The position numbers and the translations under genes are program-made. From Chrysomallon squamiferum (taxonomy: Eukaryota > Animalia > Mollusca), in assembly GCA_012295275.1 (NCBI GenBank), contig CM022669.1, forward strand, positions 5,456,001-5,520,000: a stretch of 64,000 nucleotides of DNA. The letters run 5' to 3'. The notes under the pieces are model-generated. The model had not been told where the DNA came from, searched no databases, and saw only the letters and a list, made by a program, of their open reading frames with translations. Below are positions 1 through 14,256 of this stretch, in pieces; positions within the stretch are counted from its first letter, which is position 1; each line of letters opens with the position of its first letter.

Positions 1-281
1 AGGACATTTTATATATGTCTTTAGTTATTATTAGTGGAAAAAAATAAAAACAACTACAAATTATACTTCTACTCAGAATTCAGAACCTATTAAAAGAAAT
101 AGTAACCGTAGTGGTGGAGATGGTAGTAGAAGTTTTATTATTTTTTATTTTTAGCAAATGTAACAATAGTAGCAGTTTTAGTAGTAATAATACTCGTAGT
201 AGTAGCAGTGATAGTAGCAGCAGCGGTAGTAATACTACCAGTACTAGTTGTAATACAAATAATTTTAATACTACTAGTGAT

Positions 282-316
<35 letters not shown>

Positions 317-849
317 TAGTAGTAGTAATATTAGTAGTAGTAGCAGTAGTATTAACAGTTGATGTTGTTGTAACAGCTCATTTTTAAAATAGACATACAT
401 GTCTTTTAAAATAATAATAATAATAAAAAAAGAAAAAAAAAAGGAATACCTAAGTAATTACTGCAGTATGTTAACAACAATCTCACCCATAACAGTAGTC
501 GGGACAAAGTGTTCCAAATAAGACACCTTCGACTATTTTCATGTCATGCAAATTAATCGCTGCGGGAGAGTGTAAATTAACAATCATTGCCTAATTGATA
601 ATTTGGAACGAAAATATCAGCAATTTTGTTCAACTCATGCCATTCTAATCTTACCAAGATAAAGGTTGTATCTCAAGATATTAACTACTTGTTCCATATA
701 TATATATAATTTGTACATCAATTCGTTGGATAAGAGTCCTTCTTCATAAATAAAATGGTTACTTTCTTGTTTTTGACCTAAAATACGTCATTTGTATGTT
801 ATTTATTTATTTATTTAACCAAAAATATGTCCGTATAGCAATTCCTTTT

Positions 850-1094
850 CCTGCCCAAACAATAAACAATGCTAATCAAATTAGGTTACTTCTAAAACAA
901 AACAAAAAAGAAAGCCGGACTTTGTAGGTATTAGGCGTTATCAATACGACCATGGCCGAGTATCTATGTTAATATGGTTTCGCTAAACACGTCACCTCTG
1001 ACGTCAGTAGATTGATTCTCTTCCGAAGTCTGTGGGATAAACCAACGCAGAGTTTTTCTTCTAATTACCGCGTTGTCAAGTGCATCTTGTTCTT
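850..1094. promoter_or_regulatory. Conserved non-coding core, copy 1 of 9 (candidate enhancer)
   Basis: cctgcccaaacaataaacaatgctaatcaaattagg...aggcgttatcaatacgaccatggccgagtatc...cacgtcacctctgacgtca...ccgcgttgtcaagtgcatc. Contains Fox/Sox-like sites, a paired-homeodomain P3 palindrome (TAATcaaATTA) and a CRE. The repetition is certain; the regulatory role is inferred. Confidence 0.45.
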
Positions 1095-1224
1095 ATACAT
1101 GATGCACTTTAATTTGAGTATATGATCGAGAACAAAAACAAAAAGGAAATAGTGAAAGAATGAGAAGGAGGAACAACAACAACAATATAAGAAATATATA
1201 TATATATACAACATAAAATAAAAC

Positions 1225-1300
<76 letters not shown>

Positions 1301-4300
1301 TTTTATTACTATTATTATTATTATTATAAGCTGATCATCATCATTATTTTTATCATTGTCATTCTGAACAATCTTTTACCAACCTGTAAATTTATTTTAT
1401 AATTTCTTAAATGTAACTTTAAAAAGCTATGAGAATGAAATCAGGATCAAACATTCCTTGATAATATTTACCTTGATATATGCATGTATATATGCATGTA
1501 TGTATCTATATATATATGTATGTATATATGTATGTATGCAGGCATTCGTATGTATATGTATATGTATATATGCGTCTGTGTGTCTATATAATCATAGTTC
1601 TTTAACTTCTCTATTTATATATATTTTATGAATGTGTGTATGTATGTATATTATATTGCTTTGCTTATATTTATTTATTTATATATTTATTTTAGATGGC
1701 TTTTTTAAATGTTATTTTTGTTTATTTGTTTTCTCTTGTTTTATTCTCCACGTTAGATCTGTGACATGTTATTTGTTTATCACTTGAGCGATATATTACT
1801 GTGTTTACATTTCGTAAGTAATGAATGAACAGTGTGATTATTATACAATGAAACTTTATGAGAAGTGAATGGAGTTTGCTTCAGTTAACCTGTTTAGTGA
1901 ATTATTTGTCATCATGGTAGTGTGAAACTGTAGCAAACAGTATCATTGTTTGCTTCTTGTTTCACAAATATTTTTATGAACAACACAGAAAAAGAAACAA
2001 ACAGTCTTGTTATCAGCAGTGCATTATGGGTATGTTAAGGCTAATGCAAGGTTAAAAAACAAAACGTAGCTAAGCTGATCATTTGTAAAAGTTGATTCAT
2101 ATTACATTTGAAGTTAATATTCCTTGCTCCACAAGACATTGAACAAGGTGTGGCAATATGTGCTAAAATAATTCTTGAATAATTATCTATAGAGAGAGAG
2201 ACAGACAGAGAGAGAGATAACTATGGAGTTAAAAATTATATTAGATAGGATGATAATACAAGGAAGAGCAAATAAATGTGAATATCCTTGTCTATCCTTT
2301 GTTATCATAAGTTTACTGTTGTTTCAATTACAAACCAGTAAGTATGTATGTTTTTACAAAACACGAAACAGTTTTTCGTTCTTTTTCTCGTCTCCGACTC
2401 ATCACTCATCACTCAATACACTCTTAATAAATCCAAGATTCTAAATAGTTACCAAAGATTCACAAAGTCTCTTTTATATTTTGGATTACTGTTATCTGCT
2501 TAGCAATTGAAACTGATGTCAAAATTCAAAACGAATTGTTTCGTTAATTCTTCTAGTCTTAGTTACAGTCCCTACATACACAAAAGTCATGTATTTTCTC
2601 ACTTATCTCTTTTGGTTTTATTAAAGTTTTAAATCAGATTGTTCTTTGATGTATCCGACTGTTCATTAATACATCAGGTAATTCCTGTTCATTAATTCCT
2701 GTATACATGCATATATGTATTATCTGTTTGCAATGAATAACTGTTTTTCTCTCTGTATATATCTATCTGAATGTGTGTTTGTGTATATGTGTGTATGTGT
2801 GTCTTTATCAAAAATGTTGGTGTTATTTTGATTTCATCTCTCTCTGTTATTTAGTTTTTAATGTTCTTCTGTTGTTTAGATCAATTATAGAGATACCATA
2901 ATAGACTTTCAAAACAGTATAAGAAATGTTTTATTTTTGTATTGCATACTGCACTTGTAACAAATACAGATAAAAATGGCCGATTGACGTCAATGCTGGA
3001 GTAAGAATAGATTTTCATGTCTACAGGTTTATTTAAACGAATTACTTAAATATCTGTGTCATACAGTTATTATTTTACGATCAGTTTAAAGTATTAATTA
3101 TTACGTTAAAAAACAACAACAACAAAAACATTTAAAATGAATTGTGTCTAAGAACTGAATTTTCTAAACAATAAACACAGCTACAATTTTTTAAAAGAAA
3201 AACTAACAAACAAAAAACCGCAAATAAAAAAACAGATGATAAATAAATAAAAATAAATAAACAACGTCAACAGTTTTCTTCAGTTATATGTAAGGAAATT
3301 ATACATTTATTGATATTATTATTTGCTATTTACTTAATATGGGCAAATATTCAGTTCTAACTTGCTAACCGGTGGGTTTAGAGTTACAGAATCCATGACA
3401 ATCTAGGATCTAAAAAATAATTTAAAAAAATGTGTAGTTCCTATTAGTTTACTATAAAATATCAGATATGAATCATACTTACTTAATAATGAAGATAACA
3501 ATGTCCGAAGACAGGAAAAAATATACATTGAAACCAAATACAAGATATCTTTAGAATCATATAGTTTTCTTACATTTGCCTACGTATTGCTGGGAAATGT
3601 ATGGTGGTTAGAGTGTACGACATAGTCAGTTAACTGCAAACTTATACATTTTTTACCAATGTTAATCTTAATTTCAAAACTGATTTCTAGATCTTGTTTG
3701 TAACGATGTCTGGATTTTATTGTAAAGGCAATTTGAGCTAATGTTTTTAATATGTGCTATTTATTGGGTTGTTGTGACAAATATAATTTCAAAATGGCGG
3801 ATTGACGTCAATGGAGCAGGAAGATATTCAGTACCAAACATTTACTGATTATATTAATTCAGTGGTCAGCAGACTGCTGATATTTATTATGACCACTACA
3901 AACAATCCACAATGATCGTGATAAATATAAAGAAAAATTAAATAAACAAAACAAGTAAAAGAAAATTTGAATTTATAAGCTTAATAGTTAAGGTAGCCAT
4001 TTTGTTTAATTTACGAACAATAAATAATGTGTATTAAAGAAATAATCTCTGTATAGTTTATATATATATATAATATCTCTGCAATCTAAAAATAACATAA
4101 ACATCCGTCTAAATCAAATTTCTGCTGTTCAGCTAGACCTCATGTAATTTTCTACACACACAAGAAGTCCAGGAGGTTTTGTTGTGTTTTAAAAACAAAT
4201 CATGACAAAAGAAATACGCTTAGGTGTTTATTAGTTTGCTCGCTGTACTATATCATGCAGGTATTTACAACTCTACCTTTAATTTAATTAATCATTTATT

Positions 4301-5679
4301 TTATTATGTCCGAGTTTAAAATGTAGAATGTTTGTAGCAAAATAAAATGAACCATATATCGATGCACGCAGAAAATAAAAAAATAACACAACAAAAATAT
4401 AAAAGAAAAATCTGTTTCACATGAAGGTTGGAAAGGGAAATTAATAAAAGTGATGATGATAAAGTATTGCAGAGATTATAATTATATATATATATATTTA
4501 ATTTATATTATTATTTTTTTAAGAAAAAGAAGAAAACATTTTTAAATTAGTATTGCTAAATATAAGATTAAAAACCGAAATATTTAGAAGATATTCTATT
4601 AAAAATAAATTTCTGTATACTCGTGCATTGAAATACAATGAAAATTTCATCTTTCTGAACAAATTTTTGAACGGGTGAAATATAAAACGCACAAAAACAT
4701 AACAAAAGTAACTTCCTCGTTTCAACACTAAAGCTAGGTATAGAATACGTTTCAACACTAAAGATAGGTATAGAATACGTTTCCAGGCAATTCCAGGCAG
4801 AATGAAACTGGCGATACTGCTTTCACAGTTATTTTTTGTTGTGAAAAGGTGCGGTTTGATAGAATCTTCTTGTTACAATTTCATTTTATTTTCATATTTT
4901 TCTTTTTCTTTTATTCAAAGAAGAAAGCTTCCATTAGAAATCTATTTAAGACATAAAAATAAATTTGTCCTTCGTTTTTGTACATATGTATACACATACA
5001 AATGTACTAACAAACACACATACACATACACACATACATCCATATATATAACTATTTTGATAAATATATATACATATATGTATATAAATATACATACGTA
5101 CACACAGACATTCACACACAAACAGATTGCTGTAACAAGGTACTGTATGATATTTTTCATGATATAATTATAATCATGATTAATTAGTCTGAGTTAAAAG
5201 TTTGTACCTGTTCTAATTAACTGATGCCAATGATCCCATGCATGTCAGAAGAACAAACACAGGTGCAAACACAAAATAATAATGAAAAATATTCTTTGTT
5301 TATCTTCTGATCATGTTTGCCAATAGTGGTCATTTTCCTTGACTCTGGCATAATTTGGAGTAGTTTTCGGGGCAGACATAGCTACACTTTTGAAAAGGAC
5401 ATTTTATATATGTCTTTAGTTATTATTAGTGGAAAAAAATAAAAACAACTACAAATTATACTTCTACTCAGAATTCAGAGCCTATTAAAAGAACTGGTAA
5501 CCGTAGTGGTGGAGATGGTAGTAGAAGTTTTATTATTTTTTATTTTTAGCAAATGTAACAATAGTAGCAGTTTTAGTAGTAATAATACTCGTAGTAGTAG
5601 CAGTGATAGTAGCAGCAGCGGTAGTAATAATACCAGTACTAGTTGTAATACTAATAATTTTAATACCACTAGTGATAGT

Positions 5680-5714
<35 letters not shown>

Positions 5715-6100
5715 TAGTAATATTAGTAGCAGTAGCAGTAGTAGTAACAGTTGATGTTGTTCTAACAGCTCATTTTTTAAAATAAATATACCAACGTCCC
5801 TTTTAAAATAATAATAATAATAAAAATAAAACAATCCATCAGTAATTACTTCAGTATGTTAACAACAATCTCACCCATAACAGTAGTCGGGACTAAATGT
5901 TCCAAATAACACAGCTTCCGCTATTTTCATATTATGCAAATTAAAAGCTGAGTGAGACCGTAAATTTACGATCATTGCCGAATATTAACAGGCTTTAGAT
6001 GGGCTAATTTGGAACGAAAAGATCAGCAGTTTCGTTTAACTCCGGCCATTCTAATCTTAGCAGCATAAAGCTGGTATCTCAAGACAGTAACCACCTGTTC

Positions 6101-6158
<58 letters not shown>

Positions 6159-6313
6159 ATATCAATTCTTTGGATAAGAGTTCTTCTTTATAAATAAAAT
6201 GGTTACTATCTTATTTTTGACGTAAAATACTTCATTTGTATGTTATGTTATGTTATGTTATGTTATTTATTTGTTTATTTAACCAAAAATATGTCCGTAT
6301 AGCTATTCTTTTT

Positions 6314-6552
6314 CCTGCCCAAACAATAAACAATGCTAATCAAATTAGGTTACTTCTAAAAAAAAAAGAAAGCCTGACTTTGTAGGTGTTAGGCGTTATC
6401 AATACGACCATGGCCGAGTATCTATGTTAATATGGTTTCGCTAATGACGTCACCTCTGACGTCAGTAGATTGATTCTCTTCCGAAGTCTGTGAGATAAAC
6501 CAACGCAGAGTTTTTCTTCTAATTACCGCGTTGTCAAGTGCATCTTGTTCTT
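6314..6552. promoter_or_regulatory. Conserved non-coding core, copy 2 of 9
   Basis: Same core, with a double CRE TGACGTCAcctcTGACGTCA. Confidence 0.45.
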
Positions 6553-6698
6553 ATACATGATGTACTTTAATTTGGGTAAATGATCGAAAACAAAAACAAG
6601 AAAGAAAATAGAGAAAGGAGGAGAAGTAGAAAAACAACAAATATAATAAATAAGTGGATCTTTTTCTTATACGTGATGTACTTTAATCTGAATAAATG

Positions 6699-7150
6699 AT
6701 ACGTTCATTGGAAGCAGCGACATCTGAGACGACGGCATTTGGCCTGTTTACAGCATCTGTGCAGGAGCCGAGTACATGTGACTGGGGTACATGGCAGGCG
6801 TACTTGAGTAGCAGGGAAAGTTTATCGAGGCCGCGATGGTCGAGTGGGTCATGGGTACATAGCCCAAATTTTTCCTCTACTAGGAAGAGATGTTGGCAAC
6901 GCTGACGTCCTTCGTGGAACTTTTGCGTGCACGGCGACGAGCATGTCGACGTCGGAAGTCGCCTTTGGCGAAGTCGTTTTCGCAAGCTGGATGAACGGAC
7001 CAATAGTTTCCCTTACCGTTTTCCGCCCACCCGCTTTTGATGAAACATTCGTTCAGCGAGTGATTGTGACTAATGCTGTTTTTCCATGCCTTGCTTTTGG
7101 CGTTGTAGTATGGATAGTTGTCGCTGATGTACTGGTAGATGTCGACTAGC
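6699..7150 (-). pseudogene. FoxQ2 internal fragment, truncated at both ends (forkhead helix 2 onward plus part of the C-terminal tail)
   Basis: Aligns by eye to ~36780-37220. Minus-strand translation LVDIYQYISDNYPYYNAKSKAWKNSISHNHSLNECFIKSGWAENGKGNYW.... No promoter, eh1 motif, helix 1 or native stop. An in-frame TGA lies just upstream of the breakpoint. Confidence 0.92.
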
Positions 7151-7295
7151 TTTTTTCATATACAGTAGATAAGAGTGTTTGTTTATAAATAAATTGGTTA
7201 CTTTTTTACTTTTGACCTAAAATACGTTATTTTCGTGTTGATTATTTATTTAATAAAAATACACCCTTCTAAAAGTTCTTTGTACCTGCAGTTAT

Positions 7296-7529
7296 CCTGC
7301 CCAAACAATAAACAATGCTAATCAAATTAGGTTACTTCTAAAAAAAAAGCCTGACTTTGTAGGTATTAGGCGTTATCAATACGACCATGGCCGAGTATCT
7401 ATGTTAATATCGTTTCGCTAATGACGTCACCTCTGACGTCAGTAGATTGATTCTCTTCCGAAGTCTGTGAGATAAAGCAACGCAGAGTTTTTCTTCTAAT
7501 TACCGCGTTGTCAAGTGCATCTTGTTCTT
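7296..7529. promoter_or_regulatory. Conserved non-coding core, copy 3 of 9
   Basis: Same core, ~150 bp from the 5' breakpoint of the FoxQ2 fragment. Confidence 0.45.
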
Positions 7530-7666
7530 ATACATGATGCACTTTAATTTGAATAAATGATCGAAAACAAAAACAGAAAAGGAAATAGGGAAAGAAGGAG
7601 AAGGAGGAACAAGAACAACAATATAACAAATATATATATATATATATATATACATAAAATAAAACT

Positions 7667-7729
<63 letters not shown>

Positions 7730-10700
7730 AGCTGATCATCATCATTATTATTATCGTCTTCATTATTTTTATCATTGCCATTCTGAACAATCTTTTACCA
7801 ACTTGTAAATTTATATTTTGGATTACTGAACCTTGTGTCAAAATTCAAAAATAATTGTTTCGTTAATTCCTTTACTCTTTGTTACAGTATCTACATACAC
7901 AAAAGTCATGTATTTTCCCACTTATCTCTTTTGGTTTTATTAAATTTTTAAATCAGATTGTTCTTTGATGTATCCGACGATTCATTATTACATCAGGTAA
8001 GAAAATGAATTTAATTCCTGTATACATGTATATATCTATTATCTGTTTGCCATGAATAACTGCTTTTCTCTATATATATATCTGTCTGAATGTGTGAGTG
8101 TGTGTGTGTTTATTAACATTTTTGTTGTTATTTTGATTTCATGATAGACTTTCAAAACAGTATTTGAAGATTTAAAATTTTGTATTGCATACTACACTTG
8201 TAACAAATACAGATAAAAATGGCGAATTGACGTCAATACTGCAGTAAGAATAGATTTTCAAGTCTATACGTTTATTTAAATGAATTACTTAAATAGCTGT
8301 GTCATACAGTTATTTTACGATCAGTTTAAAGTATTGTTAAAAGGAAAAAAATCACCATTTACAATCGATGGTGTTTAAGAAATGGATTTTTCTAAATTAT
8401 AAACACAGCTACAATTTTTTTATGAAAAACAAACAAACAAAATAAAAACCCGCAAATAATAAAACAGATGATAAAGAAATAAAACTAAATAAACAACATC
8501 AACAGATTTCTTCAGTTATATATAGTGAAAATAACACATTTATTGATATTATCATTTGCTATTTACTTAATATGGGCAAATATTCAATTCTGACTTGCTA
8601 ACCGTTGGGTTTAGAGTTACAGAATCCATGATAATGTACGATCTAAAAAAAAAAGAAGAAAAATGTGTAGTTCCTATTAGTTTACTATAAAATATCAGAT
8701 ATGAATCATACTTACTTAATACTGAATATAACAATGTCCCAAGACAGGTAAAAATATACGTTGAAACCAAATACAAGATATCTTTAGAATCATATAGTTT
8801 TCTTACATAGGGAAAGGTATGGTGGTTAGAGTGTACGACATAGTCAGTTAACTGCAAACTTATACATTTTTTACCAATGTTAATCTTAATTTCAAAACTG
8901 ATTTCTAGATCTTGTTTGTAACGATGTCTGGATTTTATCGTAAAGGCAATTTGAGCCAATATTTTTAATATGTGCTATTTATTGGGTTGTTGTGACAAAT
9001 ATAATTTCAAAATGGCGGATTGACGTCAATGGAGCAGGAAGATATTCAGTACCAAACATTTACTGATTATATTAATTCAGTGGTCAGCAGACTGCTGATA
9101 TTTATTATGACCACTACAAACAATCCACAATGATCGTGATAAATATAAAGAAAAATTAAATAAACAAAACAAGTAAAAGAAAATTTGAATTTATAAGCTT
9201 AATAGTTAAGGTAGCCATTTTGTTTAATTTACGAACAATAAATAATGTGTATTAAAGAAATAATCTCTGTATAGTTTATATATATATATTTATATATAAA
9301 TCTCTGCAATCAAAAAATAACATAAACATCCGTCTAAATCAAATTTCTCCTGTTCAGTCAGACCTCACGTAATTTTGTACACACACAAGAAGTCCAGGAG
9401 GTTTTGTTGTGTTTTAAAAACAAATCATGACAAAAGAAATACGCTTAGGTGTTTATTAGTTTGCTCGCTGTACTATATCATGCAGGTATTTACAACTCTA
9501 CCTTTAATTTAGTTAATCATTTATTTTATTATGTCCGAGTTTAAAATGTAGAATGTTTGTAGGAAAATAAAATGAACCATTATATCGATGCATGCAGAAA
9601 ATAAAATAAAAAAACACAACAAAAATATAAAAGAAAAATCTGTTTCACATGAAGGTTGGAAAGGGAAACTAATAAAAGTGATGATGATAAAGTATTGCAG
9701 AGATTATAATTATATATATATAATTTAATTTTTATTATTATTTTTTTAAGAGAAAGAAGAAAACATTTTTAAATTAGTATTGCTAAATATAAGATTAAAA
9801 ACCGAAATATTTAGAAGATATTCTATTAAAAATAAATTTCTGTATACTCGTACACTGAAATACAATGAAAATTTCATCTTTCTGAGCAAATTTTTAAACG
9901 GGTGAAATATAAAACGCACAAAAACATAACAAAACTAACTTCCTCGTTTCAACACTAAAGCTAGACATAGAATACGTTTCCAGGCAACAGAATGAAACTG
10001 GCGATACTGCTTTCACAGTTATTTTTTGTTGTGAAAAGGTGCGGTTTGATAGAATCTTCTTGTTACAATTTCATTTTATTTTCATATTTTTCTTTTTCTT
10101 TTATTCAAAGAAGAAAGCTTCCATTAGAAATCTATTTAAGACATAAAAATAAATTTGTCCTTCGTTTTTGTACATATGTATACACATACAAATGTACTAA
10201 CAAACACACATACACATACACACATACATCCATATATATAACTATTTTGATAAATATATATACATATATGTATATAAATATACATACGTACACACAGACA
10301 TTCACACACAAACAGATTGCTGTAACAAGGTACTGTATGATATTTTTCATGATATAATTATAATCATGATTAATTAGTCTGAGTTAAAAGTTTGTACCTG
10401 TTCTAATTAACTGATGCCAATGATCCCATGCATGTCAGAAGAACAAACACAGGTGCAAACACAAAATAATAATGAAAAGTATTCTTTGTTTATCTTCTGA
10501 TCATGTTTGCCAATAATGGTCATTTTCCTTGACTCTGGCATGATTTGGAGTAGTTTTCGGGGCAGACATAGCTACACTTTTGAAAAGGACATTTTATATA
10601 TGTCTTTAGTTATTATTAGTGGAAAAAAATAAAAACAACTACAAATTATACTTCTACTCAGAATTCAGAACCTATTAAAAGAAATAGTAACCGTAGTGGT

Positions 10701-10866
10701 GGAGATGGTAGTAGAAGTTTTATTATTTTTTATTTTTAGCAAATGTAACAATAGTAGCAGTTTTAGTAGTAATAATACTCGTAGTAGTAGCAGTGATAGT
10801 AGCAGCAGCGGTAGTAATAATACCAGTTCTAGTTGTAATACTAATAATTTTAATACTACTAGTGAT

Positions 10867-10915
<49 letters not shown>

Positions 10916-11438
10916 ATATTAGTAGTAGTAGCAGTAGTAGTAACAGTTGATGTTGTTGTAACAGCTCATTTTTTAAATAGACATACATGTCTTTTAAAAA
11001 AAAAAAATAATAAAAAAAAAAAAAAAAAAGGAATCCCTAAGTGATTACTGCTGTATGTTAACAACAATCTCACCCATAACAGTAGTCGGGACAAAGTGTT
11101 CCAAATAAGACACCTTCGACTATTTTCATGTCATGCAAATTAATCGCTGCGCGGGAGTGTAAATTAACAATCATTGCCTAATTGCTAATTTGGAACGAAA
11201 ATATCAGCAATTTTGTTCAACTCATGCCATTCTAATCTTACCAAGATAAAGGTTGTATCTCAAGATATTAACCACTTGTTCCATATATATATACATAATT
11301 TGTACATCAATTCGTTGGATAAGAGTCCTTCTTCATAAATAAAATGGTTACTTTCTTGTGTTTTACCTAAAATACGTCATTTGTATGTTATTTATTTATT
11401 TATTTAACCAAAAATATGTCCGTATAGCAATTCCTTTT

Positions 11439-11684
11439 CCTGCCCAAACAATAAACAATGCTAATCAAATTAGGTTACTTCTAAAACAAAACAAAAAAAA
11501 AAAGCCGGACTTTGTAGGTATTAGGCGTTATCAATACGACCATGGCCGAGTATCTATGTTAATATGGTTTCGCTAATGACGTCACCTCTGACGTCTGTAG
11601 ATTGATTCTCTTCCGAAGTCTGTGAGATAAACCAACGCAGAGTTTTTCTTCTAATTACCGCGTTGTCAAGTGCATCTTGTTCTT
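11439..11684. promoter_or_regulatory. Conserved non-coding core, copy 4 of 9
   Basis: Same core; second CRE altered to TGACGTCT. Confidence 0.45.
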
Positions 11685-11814
11685 ATACATGATGTACTTT
11701 AATTTGAGTATATGATCGAGAACAAAAACAAAAAGGAAATAGAGAAAGAAGGAGAAGGAGGAACAACAACAACAATATAAGAAATATATATATATATACA
11801 ACATAAAATAAAAC

Positions 11815-11869
<55 letters not shown>

Positions 11870-13127
11870 TTATTACTATTATTATTATTATTATAAGCTG
11901 ATCATCATCATTATTATTATCGTCTTCATTATTTTTATCATTGTCATTCTGAACAATCTTTTACCAACCTGTAAATTTATTTTATAATTTCTTAAATGTA
12001 ACTTTAAAAAGCTATGAGAATGAAATCAGGATCAAACCTTCCTTGATAATATTTACCTTGATATATGCATGTATATATGCATGTATGTATCTATATATAT
12101 ATGTATGTATATATGTATGAATACATGCATGCATACGTATGTATATGTATATGTATATATGCGTCTGTGTGTCTATATAATCATAGTTCTTTAACTTCTC
12201 TATTTATATATATTTTATGAATGTGTGTATGTATGTATATTATATTGCTTTGCTTATATTTATTTATTTATATATTTATTTTAGATGGCTTTTGTAAATG
12301 TTATTTTTGTTTATTTGTTTTCTCTTGTTTTATTCTCCACGTTAGATCTGTGACATGTTATTTGTTTATCACTTGAGCCATATTTTACTGTGTTTACATT
12401 TCGTAAGTAATGAATGAATAGTGTTATTATTATACAATGAAACTTTATGAGAAGTGAATTGAGTTTGCTTCAGTTAACCTGTTTAGTGAATTATTTGTCA
12501 ACATGGGAGTGTAAAACTGTAGCAAACAGTATCATTGTTTGGTTGTTGTTTCACAAATATTTTTATGGACAACACAGAAAAAAACAAACAAACAGTCTTG
12601 TTATCAGCAAAAACAAAATTATGGGTCATTTGTATGTTAAGGCTAATGCCTCACGGTTTTAAAACAAAAAATTGAAACCAGGGACTTGCCTTGTCAAAAG
12701 ATTATCATTTTTGTTCAAAGTTGATTCATATTAAAAATCAAACGAATAGTAAGAAAAATAAAACATTACTAGAAACAAATTACATTTGAAGTTAATATTC
12801 CTTGTTCCCCAAGACATTGAACAAGGTGTGGCAATATGTGCTAAAATAATTCTGGAATAATTATCTATATTTTGGCGGTTTATGGGCTGCCGAAAAAAGC
12901 AATTCATACACGGATAAGAAATAATCGATTTAAAAAAATATATGTATTTTTAATTCTCACAAACATACTAATGAGCAACGGAACATTTCAGACGAAACCT
13001 TGACTATATAGTGAGAAAATACATTTTTCTACTTGTTTCTAATTTATGATTTCATGGAATAAACTGCGAAAACTGTTTTAATACAAAAATGTCTATGTAT
13101 ATATAAATAACATAAAATAAAACTATG

Positions 13128-13185
<58 letters not shown>

Positions 13186-14145
13186 TTACTCCCATCATGA
13201 TCATTAGTATTTGCCATGTTGTTAATGATTACTGATTATTGAAGAAGCTTTTATTGTTTTTAAATGCGAATTCCAAGTTGAAAACCAAACGAATGGTAAG
13301 AAAAATAAAACAATTACCATAAATATTCTATATTACATTTGAAGTTAATATTCTTCGTTGCACAAAACATTTAACAAGGTGTGGCAATATGTGGTAAGAT
13401 AATTATATATGTGTGTGTATTCTAAATCCTACCATCGTATTAATAAATATTTTATACATACATTTTGCCAACAGATGTTTAATATATATTAAAAGAATTT
13501 AAAAAGGAAAGATAATACATTCATATGAAAATTTCGGTGACATGAAATACAGTTTAAACTTTTAAGCTTCTCCTCAAACGACCAAAAAAAAATATATAAA
13601 TAAATAAAAATGAAAAAGATACCAACAGCAATAACAATTGTAATACTGATATGGCGAACTGACGTACCAGCCATTTATCAGCTGTGCTTGGAGAACAAGA
13701 TTCCCTGGGATTCTGGACCAATGAGTAACATATCTATCTATCTATCTCTCTATCTATCTTTCTATCTATTTATCTATATATATAAGATAAACCATGAGAG
13801 GTGAAAATCGAAGCCGTATTCAGCAAATATAAATTAAAACAAAGTTTTGAATCCTGTTTTCTGAAAGCCGAAAAAAAATGGTTTGGTACTTTTTTCTTTA
13901 CTGAAGCATGTTAGTGAAAACACTTTTATATTTGTTTAAAGTAATATCAAATTTTATATATTTATCTGAAACGTTTTTTATTTTACAACTAGAAAACTGG
14001 AATAGTCTTTGATGGAACGGTGTCTCTTGGTCTTAATTTTTACACTTTTAACGCTGTTCAGTGAACACCGACAAGATATACAGCTCGATATATTCAAATC
14101 TATGTATGTATGTATGTATGTACGTACGTATGTATATATAAAGAG

Positions 14146-14256
<111 letters not shown>

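Noticed and set aside
80-400. Poly-Ser/poly-Leu/poly-Val ORFs, repeated at 5.5, 10.7, 17.5, 30.4 and 33.8 kb and in 48.7-63 kb
   Set aside because: Translations of (AGT/AGC)n microsatellites, open in several frames and on both strands, with variable length between copies
540-1100. snRNA or spliced-leader RNA gene array (octamer, aatttggaac Sm-like word, ag|gta)
   Set aside because: No recognisable U snRNA, SL, 5S or tRNA sequence; the Sm-like word has only three Ts and lies upstream of the donor-like site. An Infernal/Rfam scan would be decisive.
4802-5167. 121-aa ORF MKLAILLSQ... present in several units
   Set aside because: Its recurrence reflects DNA duplication. It is frameshifted or truncated in other units, the C-terminal half is (CA/TA)n, and it has no recognisable domain.
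6442-6469. Hairpin CTAaTGACGTCA-cctc-TGACGTCAgTAG as a miRNA precursor
   Set aside because: The stem is only ~12 bp, arises trivially from two palindromic CREs, and is disrupted in five of nine copies
7140-7160. Helitron capture of FoxQ2 (fragment ends near CTAG)
   Set aside because: The CTAG is native FoxQ2 sequence and is followed by C. No subterminal hairpin, 5' TC end or Rep/helicase was seen.
8567-8959. 130-aa minus-strand ORF (MAQIAFTIK...), faintly like a decayed LINE 3' end
   Set aside because: Non-ATG start, broken by indels in other units, no RT or endonuclease motif identifiable; a TE-library search would be needed
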